From NCBI GenBank assembly GCA_051294375.1, contig CM119269.1:3266026-3330025 (forward strand): a DNA stretch of 64,000 nucleotides, written 5' to 3'. The DNA is from Paraspadella gotoi (taxonomy: Eukaryota > Animalia > Chaetognatha). This document shows positions 39,873 to 53,049 of the stretch, in pieces. The notes under the pieces are model-generated. The model was not told where the DNA came from and did not search any database. It saw only the letters and a list, made by a program, of their open reading frames with translations. The number at the start of each line of letters is the position of its first letter. Within the stretch, counting starts at the first letter, position 1. A program made the translations under genes and the position numbers.

Positions 39873-41505
39873 ATGATCTCTAACAATTCTTCCTTCTCTT
39901 CCTCGCTCATCTGCTCTTCCTCGTTCGCCTTTCCGGCGTCGTTATCGGCTCGTACGTGGGCGCGATCGAAGTGGCGCCGGCGGCGGGAGTCGGTGCCTGA
40001 AAGCGCGCCGGCAGCGCTTCGGCGGAGCTGCTTCGAAATCGCTTCCTCGGGCCTCCGCTTCTCTCTCGATTCGGTGACGAGTCTCCGATCTTCTCCCCCT
40101 CTAAACGACCCTCGACGATCCTCTCCGACTCTGTGGAATTTCTCGAGGAGCAACTGCGGAATCTTCCCAGAGAGACGATGAGGAGTTTCGCGGAAGCTCT
40201 CCTCGGACGCGGAGGCAACGAGGAGGATGTTGGAAGCGATCATGGAGGCGGAGGCGGAGAAGATGGTGAGGAGCGAAGGAGAGAGTGGGGGAGGAAGAGG
40301 AGGAGAGGAATCGGAGGAGAGATGAGAGAGAGAGGGAGGAGAGAGAGAGGAAGAATGAAAGGGAAATGAGGAATCGATACGGATGGAGGAAAGAGAGAAA
40401 AGGGAAAAGAAATGGAGGAAGATGAAAGAAGAGAGAAACGTGAAGGCTGAGGAAAGAAGGAGGCTCAGCGCCGAACGGACGCCCAGCCAAGCGGCGCCAT
40501 CCGCGCTCCTTTTGCGCGCGTCATTTTGGCGTCAATTGCCGACGGCTCCGTGGCGGTCATCGACCGACCCGCGACGCCAATCGGACGCGACGAAATCCGC
40601 TCGAGGGGAAAGCGCAACTTGCTCACGGATCTTCTTCGACCACACATGAACGAACTGACGGCCACGGGAACCGAAAACAGGTCGGGGGCGGCGGCGGCGG
40701 CGAGGCAACGGCGATAACGGAGGCGGCAGGCAGCATGAGAGGCGGCAGCGGCGGTAGAATGGCAAGCGACGTTAAAGATCCCAGCAAACTACGAATCTCT
40801 GATCAAAAACCATGAAGAGATGTTGCGCGGACTGGAGATTGAGAGAGACCAGGTGAGGACGAGTCATGTGAAAAGGAGGAAATGACATGTTGAAAAGGAT
40901 GGAGCCATTTTAGACGAGAGTTTAACATATTTACGGTCCATAGTCCTAGTATCTTGGGACACAAACAGTAAAGATGAGTTGACCATGACCATAGGTTTGA
41001 AAATTATATATGTATATAAGAAGTTTTTGTAAGTATACATAACTTTTTAAATTTAATCGACCATGAAAACAGATCGTTGAGACTGTTTTGGACAATTGTC
41101 CATTTTCGCATCCTTATTTCTATGTTTAATGTTTTATATTATATATCTTCCTTTCCCAACATCTGTTTTTCAGATGACCGGAGAGGCCTCGTCGACTGAC
41201 TGACGAGGCCTCTTCATGCTGAGGGGCCTTTGTCTGGCGGTGAACTCTGCTTCGTCAACTTTGAAGAGCGGCCCTTTAATGAACGACTCTCAATGTCAAC
41301 GGCTTCCGAGAAAATTTTCTCTTTTCGAAAAGAAAGTAGTCGACGAATGAGTGCGCGTGCGCAGCGCAAGCGCACTGCTCTATCCCAGGAAATGGCAGAT
41401 TCGATTCAGAAAGTCTCCCACTCCAAAAACTGCAAGAAATATGGGTCTCAGAAGAAGGAATGCGATGAATGGGGAAAATTCTATCAATTTTTTCTTTTAA
41501 ATTGA
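39873..41505 (+). CDS. Unknown secreted prohormone-like precursor, copy 3 (exons ~39873-40852 and 41174-~41505)
   Basis: By-eye three-copy consensus: MISKQFFLFFLAHLLFLVVLSGVVIGSYVGA (signal-peptide-like), KRPRR, GRR and RSRGKR basic sites, ...YESLIKNHEEMLRGLEIERDQ|GTGAG intron TTTTCAG|MTGEARRLTDEAIFMLRGFVWRWNSAFVNFEERPFNERLLNVNGFRKIFSF... Confidence 0.55.
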
Positions 41506-42800
41506 CTATTTAAGGGGTCGTTCATTTGCTCCTGTCAATTCGCTTTTCTTTTTTTTCGTCAGGAACAAAATTTTTCAGCCGCAGTTTGTTGAAACAAGCT
41601 AATGTGAGAATCTTGCTCAAAGATACGATACTCCCTTAAAGACGAAACGAGAAACGGATGAGAAGAAACCCAAAACGCATTTTTCTATTTTTTATTCATT
41701 TTAAAATATAACAAATTAAAATGAGCGCACTTAATTTGGTTTCTTCCTGCAGAACATTATTTCTATGAGAATATCGTAGTATTTATTTTCTAGAAATTGC
41801 TAAAATATTTATTCTTTTATCAATGTGTCATAGCGCATACGTGTTAAAGAAAAAAAAATAGCGTTTTTAAAATGAAAATCGTCATTAATCACTGTTGAAG
41901 TGTAAGCACAACGTGAATTAGGAATTAAGCTCAATCATTTCTTTGATACACTGTGTTCTATTTGTTCATTGTGAAAACAGTACTTCCTAATCTTCTTTTA
42001 TTTTACTTTAAAGTTGTAGTAAGTAAATATAATGTGAACAACAAAGCTTTTCTATATATTATAACAATATATTTACAATCGATAGTATGCAGATAAATAC
42101 GATAATTCGCGTTTGTAATCAAGATTAAAGTTTAAAAAAAAAAACATTAGATAGATAACATCAAACGAGTATTTTATTTTAATTACAAACTGATAGAAGA
42201 TTAATTTCCCTCGCCTTGAGAGTCTTTGTTTTTTGGGTTTTTTTTGCTTGACAATTTTCTCTAACAAGAGCGAGCTCTTGCGTGAAAATTCATGACTAAG
42301 AAGTACATTGGTCTTTTTTTCCCAAGTAACAATGAAATTAAAGTCTAACATTACGAGCATACGTAACCGGGCGCCTCTGTTACACTGAGAAAAAAGACTT
42401 ATATAGCTTTTCCAAAAACCTTACGGAATAATCTCTACAGTTATTAAACGTATTAAGAATCGCTCTGTGTTAGCTTGGGTTTGGAACTAGAATCTATGTT
42501 AACCGAAATGAGGGTTTTAGAATGTAGACATCTACTTCACGGCAAACAGTTAGTGTTAAAAATATTTAGGAATGTCAGCGAGACATGCTGAAATGACACC
42601 GACACTGCAAAGCAGGGGAATTAACGTATGCGCTCAACAGTCGAAAAAGTTGAGGTGTCGACGACCATAAAAATAGATTAAAGAACAAATATTATTTAAG
42701 ATTTATAATGTAGATGGCGCAAGTTTTAATTCTATCTTAGTAGGCTCACAACTCTATACAAAGCGTAATAGATTTGTCGGAATTCCGCATTGGCAACACA

Positions 42801-42956
42801 CAGCCGACGCCGCAGCCGACGCCGCAGCCGACGCCGCAGCTGACCGGATCGTCTTCCGTTTTGGCTTCGGAAGTTATGACTTTGGAACGACGAAGACGAC
42901 GACGTAGAGATGACGCTGACGACGACGACGAAAGCTGCGACCAAATAACGTACCAG
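42801..42956 (+). CDS. NAV: Neuron navigator long first coding exon, 3' part
   Basis: QPTPQPTPQPTPQLTGSSSVLASEVMTLERRRRRRRDDADDDDESCDQITYQ then CAG|GTATAT donor, phase 0, matching the acceptor before IYTDWANHYL (vertebrate NAV2 has ...FDTQ-IYTDWAN). Confidence 0.65.
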
Positions 42957-44132
42957 GTATATATAAAGGGGATGTCCAATTGACATTGTCCGGTGTCAAA
43001 TGCGATAAGATGGGATTCGGTAGTTTTAAGAAAACGGAGTAAAAATACGCAAAAAACCTTCATATCATTTTCTGTGTCTTTGACGTCAACGTCGCCCACA
43101 ATCTGACGAGAAAAAGGGGATAAAGACAACAACAACAACAACATAAAAATCCTTGACAGAGTGAAATCCTTTATTTCTTTACGTCGTTGTCCAATCCTCA
43201 CCTGAGCCTGACAATCACGAAGGATCTTTCTCCTTTTTATTTTTCCTCTTAATGATAAACAATGGAATTTCCCGCAGCCTATTTTCCTTTTTTTCTCAAT
43301 CGTGTTCTTTTTTTCTGGTATAATTACGTATTACCCCGCAAACATGAAGGAAGCCTGGAACTTTCTAACTTTTTGAGGACGACGATAACAATGTTTTTCT
43401 AGATGAAACTTAGAGAAGAGTTTGAAATGGATTCAAGAACGATTTATTTGAAACAATAATCATGTCTGGATGAAACTAAAAATATTGCGCGCGTTCTTCG
43501 TCTCTAAGTTTTAATGTTTCATTCGAAAAATCCGTTTGTTTTCTGGCGTCAATTTACTGCTCNNNNNNNNNNNNNNNNNNNNNNNNNACTTATTGTGTGC
43601 ATATTGCTTTAGACAATTTGTTGATTTTTTTTTATGTTAGCTACGAAAAGATGTACTAAACTGGAACAAATACATATATCGAACGAGAGCACGGTAGACA
43701 AGAGGAGAGAGAGAGAGAGAGAGAGAGGCACGAATTTATGATAGATAGAGAGAGAAGAGGAGAGAGAGAGATGGCAGAAGAGAGAGAGAGAAGAGGGAGA
43801 GAGAGATGCCCCCATCGGGCATTCACCGGATCGGGGCGTGTGGTGCCGTGCTTTATCTTCTGGTCTTAAATGTGTTCCGTTTATCTGCGCTTCACTCTCT
43901 GGTCTGGCTTAAAGGGGACTTCACTTTTCACCGACGATTGGGGTAACGGGATTTGACCATGATAATTTTGTGCACACGGTCCGGGATAAAATCCGGTCCA
44001 ATAAACGTTAGAGATCAGATTCAACTTTATGGCCTGCGATATTTTAATTGAACATCAAAAAATGCGGCATTCCGAGCTTTCTTAGGTTAACTCAAAAAAC
44101 CCATATTTGGAAGAGCAAGTGATTGAGAGAGA

Positions 44133-44167
<35 letters not shown>

Positions 44168-46917
44168 AGAGAGAGAAGAGAGGAGGAGACGAGAGATGAG
44201 AGAGGCAGAGTGAGAGGAGAGAGATAAGAGAGAGAGAAAGAGGCGATTTTCTTCTTTTTGATTTTGCTTTACATAATACGCTTTGGAATTTCCGGTCCTT
44301 TTGGGGGGCTTTCTCCTTCCGGTTTCATCTATGTCGAGTCCAAGATTTTTCTAATGTAACAGCAGAATCTTTTCCAAAAAAAAATATATCGTGAATAATC
44401 AAACACAATAATAAAGAAAATTTAATAATTCATGCCATTGCAGAGGAATCCAAACAATTTAGAAGAAACCCTCGAATTATTAAAATTCATTTCGAAGTTG
44501 AAAGCAAAAAGAAATCGAGAATTCTCTCGGTAAAATTTCTTGTTTCGCCTGACAAACGACGCCATTAACTTTCTGGAAACCTCGAGGCTTTTTGACGTCG
44601 ACAAAGAACGAATCTCCGATTTGGTTTTTTGAAAACAACAGAAAATTAATTAATGAAAAATGGAACGAGAAAATTAGCGAGACATTTCCTCTTTTCTTTT
44701 TTTATTTATTTCTTAGTTCGTTGTTGTCGCCTGTGGTTTTTTTTTTATTTTGGTTAATTATTACAGTTTTGAGTTTTGATTACAGACAAGAGTTGAATTA
44801 CAACAAAACGCGAGGAAGAAAAAAAAAATCTTTCACTAGGAATTCCGATCGCTATCAACATCCGGGGTTACAGGAGCGTCACATTTCGAGTCACATCCTT
44901 TGAGTCACTCGATTCTTCCTCGCGGAAACGGAAGAAAAAAGAAAATCAGGAAAAGGAGAGAACAATAATGTTTTGGTTATTAGGAGGACATCGATGGTCG
45001 ACGTCTTTGCCAACTCTGTGTCGTTTGACGCCCGACCAATTTGTTCACCCACCCCCCGCACATCGGCCACACTTCCTTTTTCCTTCTAGAAAAAACAAAG
45101 TCAACGTCCAAAATCAGTCAAACTTTCTGCCGTTTCATTTCTACGGTTGACTGCTACTTCTGTTCAGTATTTTTTCAGATGCTTTCATCCATTCATCATT
45201 CATTGTAACAATTTTTCTAAAGCAGACTATTAAGGATTACCAATTGATTCATAAATTTAAACCTTATTGCATTTATGGTGTTAATTATCCGTTCTACAAG
45301 TTCCTGCGTTTCGGGTGGCTTGCGGCCCACGTTTATTAAAAAAAACACCCCGTCAACTCCCTTCTAAACGAAATTAGGATTTATTATTGTTAATATTTTA
45401 TTATATTTATTATATTCAAATAAATGCCCACACTGCCCAAAATTTTTAAAAAAGGCGCAGTCCTCCTGTTAGCTCAAGCCTCACTACTACATAATAAATC
45501 CTCGCCGATGTTAATTGTTTTACTCCTCAGAAACTTCTCTTTTATTCTTTTTTTTTACAAGGTTTGCAAAGGTTTTGATTTTTCACTCTCGGAAACTAAT
45601 TCTGCATTATTTATAACCCTTAAAAAATCTGGATTTATACTGAGCATTCTGCTCGTTGTTCTCACCGCGAATGGCCCAGGAATTCCTCACCCACCATCTA
45701 CATCAAACCGTTCCCTTTCTTCAGATTTTCCATCGAAAATAAAAAAAAAAAAAGAAAAAACTAAATTGTCCGATTGGATATTAAAAAGCCGGAAGTCGGG
45801 ATTTGCGCGGCGACGATGAGACTTTGTTGTCGTTTGTGTTGTCGTTTTATTCGTCTTCTTTCACGACGCCGCCGCTTTTGGCCGCCGCTGCCGCCCGCCT
45901 CAGCCCGCCGAACGAGGGTTTGCGGCCGCGCCAGCGGCTTACCTCTCTTTCCTCCGCCGCCACTTCAGGCTTTTGGTCTGCGCGCCCACAGCCCTTTCAT
46001 AAATCTGTAACTTCCCTAAACAATTATTAATAACAACAACAAAACAACACAACACAGACAGTGCAATTGTGACTATTTTTTTTGCGAGTGACGTTTTAGA
46101 AAATATGTATCTTCAGACTTCCAGAATGTTTAGAAAGCTCGGAGAAGAATAGGGTATGACAACGACTGAACATGCACGAAATATAATAAAAGACGACGAT
46201 GACGATATCTACCAGAATTGTGACAATGATCAGGACGATCTTGTACGGCCGACAACGACGACGACGGGACAACGACGACGACGACAATGCGACAACAGAA
46301 AGGCGACGCGAGACAGACCATTCTGGTTTTTTTTTTCCGTCGAATAAATCTTATCTAACAAATCCTTTGTCACGGAAGAGGGCGTTTGAACGAGGAGTTT
46401 TTATCTTATTCTACGCGCAAGAAATAGTACTAGTTATTTTAAAAATTAAAACCACGAAATTTTATCATTTTTTTTCTTATTTTTTTTTATTATTTACTTA
46501 AAAGCAAGTTTTCCGTGGAACGGAACGGCTGAAAGAGGCGCCCGCCTGTTGCGCTGAGAATTTACGAGCCGAAGGAGATGCTTTGTGATGGCGCCGATGA
46601 GATTTTATTTCCGGTGGTTAATAGACTGTTATGTGGTGGCGAGATAAAGAAACGGTGAGGAAAAAAAAAAACTGGCCGAGTTGAAATATGACCTCTTACA
46701 CACAAATAGTTAAAGAATCCCGACGAGAAAATCAATCTTAAGCGACTTTCTTTGCAATTTCATCAACGTTTCAGATCATTCAACCAGAAGAGAATTAGTT
46801 AAAAATGATTAAATGAATATTATACTATTATCTATGCCATCTTTTAAACAACCGATCACATGAAACCAAAGCTTCCATGTGAATTTCAATGATCGGTTTT
46901 CATTTCCTTTCCTCCAG

Positions 46918-47047
46918 ATCTTACACCGACTGGCGAATCTATTAACTTGGAAAGTCGGGCAAGATACAAACGCTGTCGTCCGCGACCTTCAGGCCGACAG
47001 CATATCAGCATCGAAACTCTCTTGGGCCGACATCATCGACGCCGTCA
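46918..47047 (+). CDS. NAV: Duplicate (indel-noisy) NAV CH-domain exon
   Basis: Same sequence as 56193-56313 with single-base indels. Confidence 0.8.
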
Positions 47048-47088
47048 GTAAGTACAGCGTTTCTCTGCCTCTCTCTCTTCTCCTCTCT

Positions 47089-47137
<49 letters not shown>

Positions 47138-47141
47138 CTCT

Positions 47142-47190
<49 letters not shown>

Positions 47191-48529
47191 CATCATCGAC
47201 GCGTCAGTAAGTACCCAAGCCGTTCTCCTCTTCCTCTCTCTCTCTCTGCTCTCTTCTCTCTTTCTTTCTCTCTCTCTCTCTCTTTACTCTCTCATGCGAT
47301 CACCCGTCAGTAGTAACAGGCCGTCTCTCTTCTCTCTCTCCGCCTCTTCCTCTTCTCTCGTCTCTCTCTCTCTTCTCTCTCTTCCTCTCTCTCTCTCTCT
47401 CTCTCTCTCTCAGGTAGATACAGCGTCATTTCAGAAGAGGAAGGTATATTTGTGTTAGATGCGAATTACTCGCACACTTAATCAAAGTATCCGCAGTCTG
47501 TATTTTCTTTCTCTCTCTCTTTCTTTCTTTCTTTCTCTCTCCCTGTCTCCCTCTCCTCTCTCTCACTTTCTCCTTTTATTTCTTTCTTTGTCTTTAAAAT
47601 TTTGTTACAAGATATGCCACTAAGCTTCTTGTTTGTCGGTTATAGCCAAACGAAAAAAAAAAAAACATTTAGAACAGTAATATTTATTAGAATGTTTTTA
47701 ATTTGCTAAGCTCGCCGCTTACTGTATTGCATGAAAGAATTACTAACTCAAATAACTAATAATAGTTGTTAAATCTCAGGAAGTAAATCGAACGGTTGAT
47801 TTTAAAAGAAATATATATTTAAAAAAGTGAACGATAATGTGACATTATATCTGATAATTTTTTTCCATGATACATGTTAAAACATTTTTGGAAAAATTAC
47901 TATTAGCAATTAATTGAAATTAAAAATTAGTCTGATAGATTGAATGCTTGTTCCCGAACGATTGTCACTCTAAAAAAATATTTTTTATAGCCATAATTTT
48001 TGAACGATTCAATTTGTTTGTTGACTCATGGTAGATTCATGCTCTTGGACAAAACGGTTCCAGTTAATTGGCTAACTTGTTTTGCTAAGTGGCCGACTAT
48101 TGACTAGCTCTGTGGCGCAAAAAAATGTTTATATTTTTCCGTCGTCTGGTTTGACCAATGGCACCAATTCTTCGTATGAGAACCAGCTTTGATACCGAGG
48201 ATGCGGCGAAATAAAAAACAGATCCAACAAAAAAAAGAACTAAAAAAATAATAAAAGTGATAATAACTGAGTTAGCTTTTTTTCTAGTTTTTTTTCATAA
48301 TCAAACCAATTGGATATGGGCAGAATTATATGTTTATTTCTTGCTTTTGAGCTTTTTTTTTATGTCCAATTGTTGTGGGTAAAGTTAAAACTTTTAAGCT
48401 AATTTATACAAAATTCTAAAAATGTAACTCGGAAAAAAATAACAATCTCGCGTACGTATAAGCAATAAGTTATGCTTTTTTTAAAAAAAATATATATTTA
48501 CGCACGAAAAAACCAAGCATTTTTTTGTC

Positions 48530-50655
48530 GAGCAGCGCTGCCTCAACCACCTTTTCACTCGATTGAGCTATAGCAACTGCCGCCATCTACGTAGCAGGAT
48601 TACTTGCATACCTTTTTCACTTCCTTGATCGATGCAAATGTTGCAACGTTTCTTACTCTTGACGATGGCAGCTGCCTGCAACCTTTTTCACTCCTTGACA
48701 GCAACTGCCGGCACGCCGCTTTAGACCGATCTTCCTCATACAGTTGTGGCGAGTGGAGACGAGGGGGCGGCGGGGAGTAGCTTGTGTCGGCGGCACCGCC
48801 GCGTATCGAGAAGGTCTTCGTGTTGAGGCAGCGGATCCTTTCTTTCCACTCTGTCCCATAGGGCGTCGGCAACCCTTCGAGGACGGCTCTGTCTCGTTGA
48901 TCTTTGGGCCAATCGAGCGGTATGTGACACTGGCAACGAATGATTAGATGGTTTTGTAGGGGAAGAAAATTAAGTATTTTGTCTCTTGACGTGAAAAAAA
49001 ACTGATGAATAAAGAAAAAAAAATAAGTAAACTAACAATAAATAAGCTTCGGAAATAAATAAGAAATGTAAACAATAAATAATTAAATAAACTAATGGAA
49101 ATCAGAAACAAACTTAACAAGGAGAATGAAGTTCTAATGAAATTAGGAGATCAACGGAAAAGATTAACAATTGAAAGAGGGAACGACTAAATCAAATGGA
49201 AAGACTGAAAGACTTAAAATAAAGAAAGGACTGGAAGGACTAAAAGAATGAAGACTGAACGACTAAAAGAATTGAAAGACTAAATGACCTAATCAATGAA
49301 AGAGTGATACGACTTAAAAGAATGAAAGACTGAACACTTAAAAGATAAAAGACTGAAGGACTAAAATAATGAAAGACTTTGAACGATTAAAGAAAAGAAG
49401 ACGTGAAGGTCAAAAATAGTATGAAAGACTGAACGATTAAAGAATGCAAAGATGGAACAACTAAAAGAAGAGAAGACTGAGGACTTAAAGAATGAAGACT
49501 GCCTTGAACGACTAAAAGAATGAAAGAACTGCAAGGACTAAGAGAATGAGAAGAGCTGAACGACAAAGAATGAAAGGTGCTCAGCCTCCAAGTTTTGAAC
49601 TCTCTTCTCCCAGTGAATTCGTGTTGTTGTTTTTCCGATCGATGAGAAGGTCGAGGTCTTGTTGAAACCGAAGGTCAGCGGATTCGGCGGAAGTTTGCGA
49701 TTCTCTTTCGTTCGTTGTTCCCTGAGGTCGAAAAAGTTCGTTCAAGTCGATCGATCCATCCGATCCATGGGAAAATAAACAAAGGAACCAACAGAGGATG
49801 ATAACAAAATGAAAACAAGAATGCTTGACAGCGTTTATGTATTATCCGGCATTTTGTAAAGGAGCAGATTTTGGATGCTTATTGTAGTGATCATTTTTGA
49901 CGTAAAACGCGTGTTATCAATCTATAAATATGGTTGTATCCGTGTCAACGTGATTAAAAGACTCCAATTTAATCGTTTCTGCAATTATATAAATTTAAGA
50001 ACAAATGGTATTTGAATCGACATATTTAGAAATTCAGATATGCACAAAAAAGTTTTAATTAAGGGACGTACTAAATTGAAATGGAGACTCACTCCACCTT
50101 TGTATTCTGCTATCGTCTTTCCAACACTTTCCTCTGTATCGTTCGAACTCGATCCTGATTTGATTCATGGAGTTTTCCGCGTTTCTTCCCCGAGATTTGC
50201 GTCTGGTATTTGTCGGCGGCATCTCGAGTATTGCTTTCTCCACCGTGACTTCGTCGTGCACGATCCGTGTAGCGACGTTGTGATGGACAGACAGTGACAC
50301 TTAGCCCGGCGCAGATGCGGGCAGTTGCACTGGGTGAGGTTGGAGGGCAAGTTGTCATTGAGAGTGGTTTGACTAAGTTTTCCGTTTTGAGAATGCGGTG
50401 TTATAAAGCCTAAATTATATTTGATTGGTTGGATTTATTTTTAGTATATTTTTTTTCGGTATATATTTTTGTATACGTCTGTTGGTTTTTCTTTCTTCGT
50501 TGGTTATTGATGATTGCGAAAAATCTTTGATTGTCACAACGAATTTTTTTGATAAACATATATTTTATTTTTCTCTCTTTCATGTCTTTAATCTTGTTTG
50601 TTTGTTTGTTTATTTTCTATTGTTTTTCTTTCTTGTTTCTTGTCTTTCCTCTGTG

Positions 50656-50712
<57 letters not shown>

Positions 50713-51835
50713 TTTCTTTCTTTCTTTCTTTCTTCCTTTCTTCTTTCTTTCTCTGCCTCTCCCCTTTCCCCCCTTCACCCTTGGATCCATGCGGGCATGG
50801 ACTTCTCCTCGTCCTTGGGAGTGACAGGAAGTGACACGTGTTGTTGCAAGTGAGCGTTTGGTGTCGTAGCCGATTGGTACGACTCTTTCCTCATCTGATC
50901 TCGTTCGCTTGTGTACTTTGAAGTTTTGTTGTCGTTGTCAGTGGAGTTGTTGCGGTTGGACGATTGTCCCCATCTTGCTTGACTGTTCAGTCTTGGCAAT
51001 CTCGCGGGTTTCCTAGCGAGAGAGGGTGGCGGGTGGTGGAGGTGATGGTGTTTCATCGGGATGGTGGGGGTGGAGAGGATGCGAGAAAAAGGAGATTGGA
51101 TTTTATCCGACCGAAAGAAAAAAAAAAACTTTTTTTTTAAAAAAACTTTTTTTGAAATTAACAAACAGACGGCCGCTTTGGAGGAAAAAGCCAAGAAAAA
51201 CCAAGTTCGGGACTACTAAAAATTCGAATGATTTAAAAAAAAAAGAAAAATATATTTTTGGATGAACTTAATAAGAAATTATTTTGAATTTAAAGTTTTT
51301 TTTAATGTTGCGCGCCCACCATTCTTTAAAATATTAATCAATGTAAAAAAAGGCACTCTGAAACTATACAAAACGGCAACGTGTTTAAAAAATAGCGTTG
51401 CTTCATTTTTTTAAAAAAATATGTGCTACCTGTTGCAAAGCCTCGACTCGCTTGCAGATGACTCCGCCTGATTCAAAGACGCTTTGCGTCAACGTGAGAT
51501 CTTCGTGGGTCTGTGTTCAGAGTTGTTGAAGAGATCTCTCGGGCCTCCCATGTTCCGACATTGCGAGGGAAGGGATTGCAGTTTTACAGTTAAAAATAGA
51601 GAGTGAAGCTGCACTGCCAGTCATGCCTCTCCATAAGGTCGTCGATTGAACGTTGGTTGTGGCGTCGGTTTGTTGGAGCGTAAGAGCCCGGTTGTTGCAT
51701 CTTGCAGAGAGAGTGAGGAATCCCGTCTCGTGGCGGCATGGCGGTGGGCGTTGCCGTCGGCCGAAGTGAACCGCACCCTGAATTCTCGCCCGTGTTCTTT
51801 GCACATGTGAGAGAATGGCGTTGAAGAGTGAGCTG
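48530..51835 (-). CDS. Duplicate, heavily indel-corrupted copy of the last six GTPase exons (probably redundant assembly, not a pseudogene)
   Basis: ORF fragments [40 protein letters not shown] match 57.4-60.7 kb. Confidence 0.75.
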
Positions 51836-51859
51836 AGCTGGATGAGGGAGTGAGAATTG

Positions 51860-51898
<39 letters not shown>

Positions 51899-52199
51899 CC
51901 CCCATCGGGATTCACCGGATCGGGGGTGTGTGCCGTTGTTTATTTCTGGTTAAAATAGTTCCGTTATCTGCTTCATCTCTCTGGTCTGCTAAAGGGACTT
52001 CACTTTTCACCGACGATTTGGGTAACGGGATTGACCAGATAATTTTGTGCACACGGTCCGGATAAAATCCGTCCAATAACGTTAGAGATCGAGATCATCT
52101 TATGCCGCGATATTTTAATTGAACATCAAAAAATGGGCAATTCCGGCTTTCTTAGTAACTCAAACCATATTTGAGAAGAGCAAGGTCGATTGAGAGAGA

Positions 52200-52259
<60 letters not shown>

Positions 52260-52435
52260 CGATGAGAGAGAAGAGGAGAGGAGAGGGAGAGAAGAGAGAG
52301 AGAGAAAGAGGCGATTTTTCTTTTTTTGATTTGTTACAAATACGCCTTGGAATTTCCGTCCTTTTGGGGGGGCTTTTTCTCCTTCCGGTTTCATCTATTG
52401 CGAGTCCCAAGATTTTTCTAATGTAACAGCAGAAT

Positions 52436-52445
52436 NNNNNNNNNN
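52436..52445. other. 10-N gap
   Basis: Flanks are collinear with 44359-44400, where the missing bases read ~cttttccaaaaaa. Confidence 0.95.
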
Positions 52446-53049
52446 AAAATAAATGTAAATAATCTAACACAATAAATAAAGAAAATGTAATAATCATGCC
52501 ATTGCAGAGGAATCAAACAAAGTTTAGAAAACTCTCGAATTATTAAAATTCATTCGAAGTTGAAGCAAAAAAGAAATAAGAATTTCTCTCGGGTGAAATT
52601 TCTTGTTTCGCTGACAAACGACGCCATTAACTTTCTGGAAACCTCGAGGCTTTTTGACGTCGACAAGAACGAATCTCGATTTGGTTTTTGAAACAAAAGA
52701 AAATTAATTAATGAAAAATGGAACGAAAAATTAGCGAGACATTTCCTCTTTCTTTTTTATTTATTTCTTACGTTCGTCGTTGTCGCTGTGGTTTTTTTTT
52801 GGTTAATTATACTGTTTTGGTTTTGATACAGACAAGAGTAGAATCAACCAAACGCGAGAAGAAAAAAAATCTTTCACTAGAAATTCACGATCGCTATCAC
52901 ATCCGGGTTAAGGAGCGTCACATTCGAGTCACATCCTTTGGTCACTCGATTCTCCTCGGCGGAAGAAAAAAGAAAATCAGGAAAAGGAGAAGAAAATAAT
53001 GTTTTGGTATTAGGAGGACATCGCNNNNNNNNNNNNNNNNNNNNNNNNN

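Larger units (their letters stand above)
33261..42800 (-). repeat. Copy 3 of the 9-kb segment plus flank (inverted relative to 10960-19973)
   Basis: Collinear with 19999-29920; ends gaattccgcattggcaacaca. Confidence 0.95.
43588..51861 (+). repeat. Noisy direct duplicate of 51862-53024 plus 54527-~60690
   Basis: ccccatcggg(c)attcaccggatcgggg at 43810 and 51901; ttctacg(g)ttgactgctacttc at 45138 and 54533; indel density rises towards 48500-51850. Confidence 0.93.

Noticed and set aside
39845-40243. Minus-strand ORF MIASNILLVASASEE... as a peptide precursor
   Set aside because: Antisense to the better-supported model, which has a signal peptide, splice sites and a co-oriented promoter; its frame is not preserved among the three copies
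10960-42840. Shufflon-like programmed inversion system (one shared left breakpoint, alternative right breakpoints, inverted 12-bp CAGCCGACGCCG repeats at 31520 and 42801)
   Set aside because: No recombinase or common recombination site. The 12-bp repeat is the QPTP-coding stretch of a single exon cut in two, each inverted block starts at a 25-N spacer, and flipping it restores seamless sequence
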